A stretch of DNA of 64,000 nucleotides from Sarea resinae (lineage: Eukaryota). The stretch is taken from positions 1-64,000 of the forward strand of contig JAPEUD010000056.1 in assembly GCA_026026165.1 (NCBI GenBank), read 5' to 3'. Shown piece by piece: positions 61,757 through 64,000 of the stretch; positions within the stretch are counted from its first letter, which is position 1, and each line of letters begins with the position of its first letter. Position numbers and translations under genes: made by a program. Under the pieces are notes generated by a model that worked only from the letters and a program-made list of their open reading frames with translations, searched no databases and was not told where the DNA came from.

Positions 61757-63520
61757 CATGGTCGAAGATTATAGGGGTACTCACTTAATCCAATCATAGG
61801 CAACGAGTTCAGCCTGCCTTCATAGACGATGATGGTGGTGACATTATCCGGCTTTTCTATATCGAGTATGTCAGTCAGATTAGCCTTTCAAATCCCCAGA
61901 TGATGGCGCATATTGGAGGACAAAGATGCAATCCTAGAACTCACTGTCGAGCAATTCTTAGTGAGTACAACTCAAACTAACTGCGAAGCAGAGAACTTAC
62001 CAAGAATCGCAGTGTGTAGCTGGGTATCAACCTCAGGCGCAATGTGAACCGATCAAGGGCCACAAACAACCTGGCCAAGCTCCAGTGCCAGCGAGGATTA
62101 GAGAGGCAGTGCGACGTCGAACACGTCGGCAAGATGATCCACTCCGGTAAGTCTACTATACTCACGCCCGACTCTTGCTGGTCCTCCGAATGAGTCGCTA
62201 ATGTAATAGATCCTGGTCCAGATGCCCTCGAAAGCAATGAATACGGATTTAGATATAAGCAATGAACACGGATTTATATGTAAGAGCAATTGGAAAAAGC
62301 ACGAGGGGACCGAAGAGCCACGAAAAGAGGAGAGCGATGAAGGGTAAAAATTTCAAACTTCAATTAGTGATCTAGGGGCCTGCATCGGGCTCGGCATCCT
62401 CAGCGCTCTAGGTATCATGTTGAACATCATGATGGATCGTGATGAGCAGGTGTCTCAAAACAGCGGGCTCCTTTTCCCCAATAGCGACGATTGCGAACGA
62501 CTAAGTAGAACAAATCAGCGGAACGACTCAGCGGAACGACTCAGCTGGACGAATCGGCTGAACGACTAAGCAGGACGCGCCACAATGGCGACCAGTCATC
62601 CAGCAGTGGCGGAAACAACATCTGAGGCAGCGTAAGTCCTGACATCCAGTTTTCCCCTAAATCCCGAAGACATATATGAAGACTAATCCTCCTCGTAGAT
62701 CCACTCCATGGAACGCGCACAGATATCAGGGTCTGGCTAATTGGCCATTCCAACTTAAGCAATTTGGACCGCCTCACACCTTCGAGCTGTGAGAGCGAGC
62801 AAGTTGTTATCTCTCTTGATACAATGAAATCATTTCTAGAACTGAGAATCAAGCTCTACCGACTCGCTTCGACGAGCGAAGTTCCTCTTGCTGAGGCACA
62901 GGGGTGGTCACCATAGAGAGTGATGGCGCGAGTATATCGAGCGCAACTTCTTTCCACAAATGGAGAAAAGGGCTCTCACCTCTTATCTTCTAAAGATCAG
63001 GTGACGCAGATGCCAGATACCGATCTTCCTGGCATTGAGCTCTTCATGCACCTGAAAGTCTCATGTCAAACGGAACAGACGAGCTTCGAGCTCGAAATTG
63101 TTGATGCTGAATGAACAGAAAGAAGGACCGGAAAGGCATGAATGTACCGCCCAAGCTCGGCGAGAAATACTTACTACAGGAGTGTTTCCACATCACGTCA
63201 GCTGGCATGAGTGGTGCGCCTAATTTGAATCACTGACGATTGTCGATTTCCGTATTTACTGCTCAGGCCTCGGAGCCGTCTCCTTAGACAGAGCAACTTC
63301 CTTCACAAATGTTGGGACTATTGGCTTCTTGGAGCCCAAGGTCTGTACCTTACCACCGCAGAGTCGCTCGTTGATCATGGAGATTGAAGCTGTCGTCACT
63401 GCAGCTCGGACGAACCTCTTGTTGAGATTCCTTGAAGAACCGGTGCCGCGTGAATTGGCTGCATTTCTCCCGAAACGCCGAAGCAGATTTTCTTTCGTTG
63501 AAATTGAAGTATTGCAATGA
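61757..63520 (+). pseudogene. Possible second degenerate multi-exon gene relic
   Basis: Intact-looking GT..AG intron signals (e.g. GTAAGT ~62148 ... GCTAAT..TAG ~62209) separate short stop-interrupted frames; no family recognised. Confidence 0.25.
62495..62577. repeat. 13-bp minisatellite (~6 units, consensus GAACGACTCAGCG)
   Basis: Units start at 62495, 62508, 62521, 62534, 62547 and 62560. Confidence 0.8.
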
Positions 63521-64000
63521 AAAGCACCCAGAGTCTGTCAATATATCAGCAAGGCAAGGACTCGACCACAAGCGAAATTCTTACGTCTTAGGGGTCGTAG
63601 TCTTCACTCGGTCGGGTGGGCTCTCGGACCATGGAATACGCTAATGAGGAGAAAGACTTAGAAACCAAGGGCAATGCTGCTCATGCCACAAACTATGGCC
63701 TAATCTTATATTTTTGAAAGATAAAGACTTACAGTCGCAACAAAATACTCTAAAAAGCAATAGAAAACAAGGCCGTTACGTTTGGGCCCGCACACGGAGT
63801 GATTTTCAAGTGTAGAAATTGCGTCGACCAGAGAAGGCGCACTTTGACGTCGAGAAGAACAGAGGCTATACACCTAGTCCTTAGAAAGACTTGGAGGAGC
63901 AGATACACACCTTTGAATGATTGGAAGAGCTCCGTATCAGTACCCTCTTGCGTGTTCATAGACGGCCTAGGTCTAGTTGTTGCACTGACAGGGTTTCACT

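Overview
Gene-dense, intron-rich genomic DNA from a filamentous ascomycete (Pezizomycotina, inferred from gene content such as flbE and from GT-AG introns with CTRAY branch sites). About 19 protein-coding genes can be modelled by hand: GST, reticulon, INCENP, CNS1, an SS18/SSXT-domain polyQ protein, an RGG-tailed bacterial-type ABC-class ATPase, an amidohydrolase, a NYN-like/CCCH protein, a long DnaJ protein, HIS5, NMA111, BIR1/survivin, flbE, DPH5, SPT3, IST1, a FUSC/ArAE membrane protein and AP-2 sigma. The last ~5 kb looks degenerate, with stop-riddled gene relics and minisatellites. The most striking signals are in RNA processing and translation. The reticulon gene has two tandem [D5,6] spliceosomal twin introns flanking a 72-nt in-frame exon. 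The DnaJ gene has a stop-free 243-nt in-frame intron carrying an NLS-like segment. SPT3 has an alternative in-frame start inside a 506-nt intron. NMA111 has an upstream in-frame ATG adding a presequence-like extension, and it sits directly next to BIR1, its known substrate in yeast. No rRNA, tRNA, CRISPR array or intact transposon was recognised. All exon coordinates are manual and unverified by transcript data.
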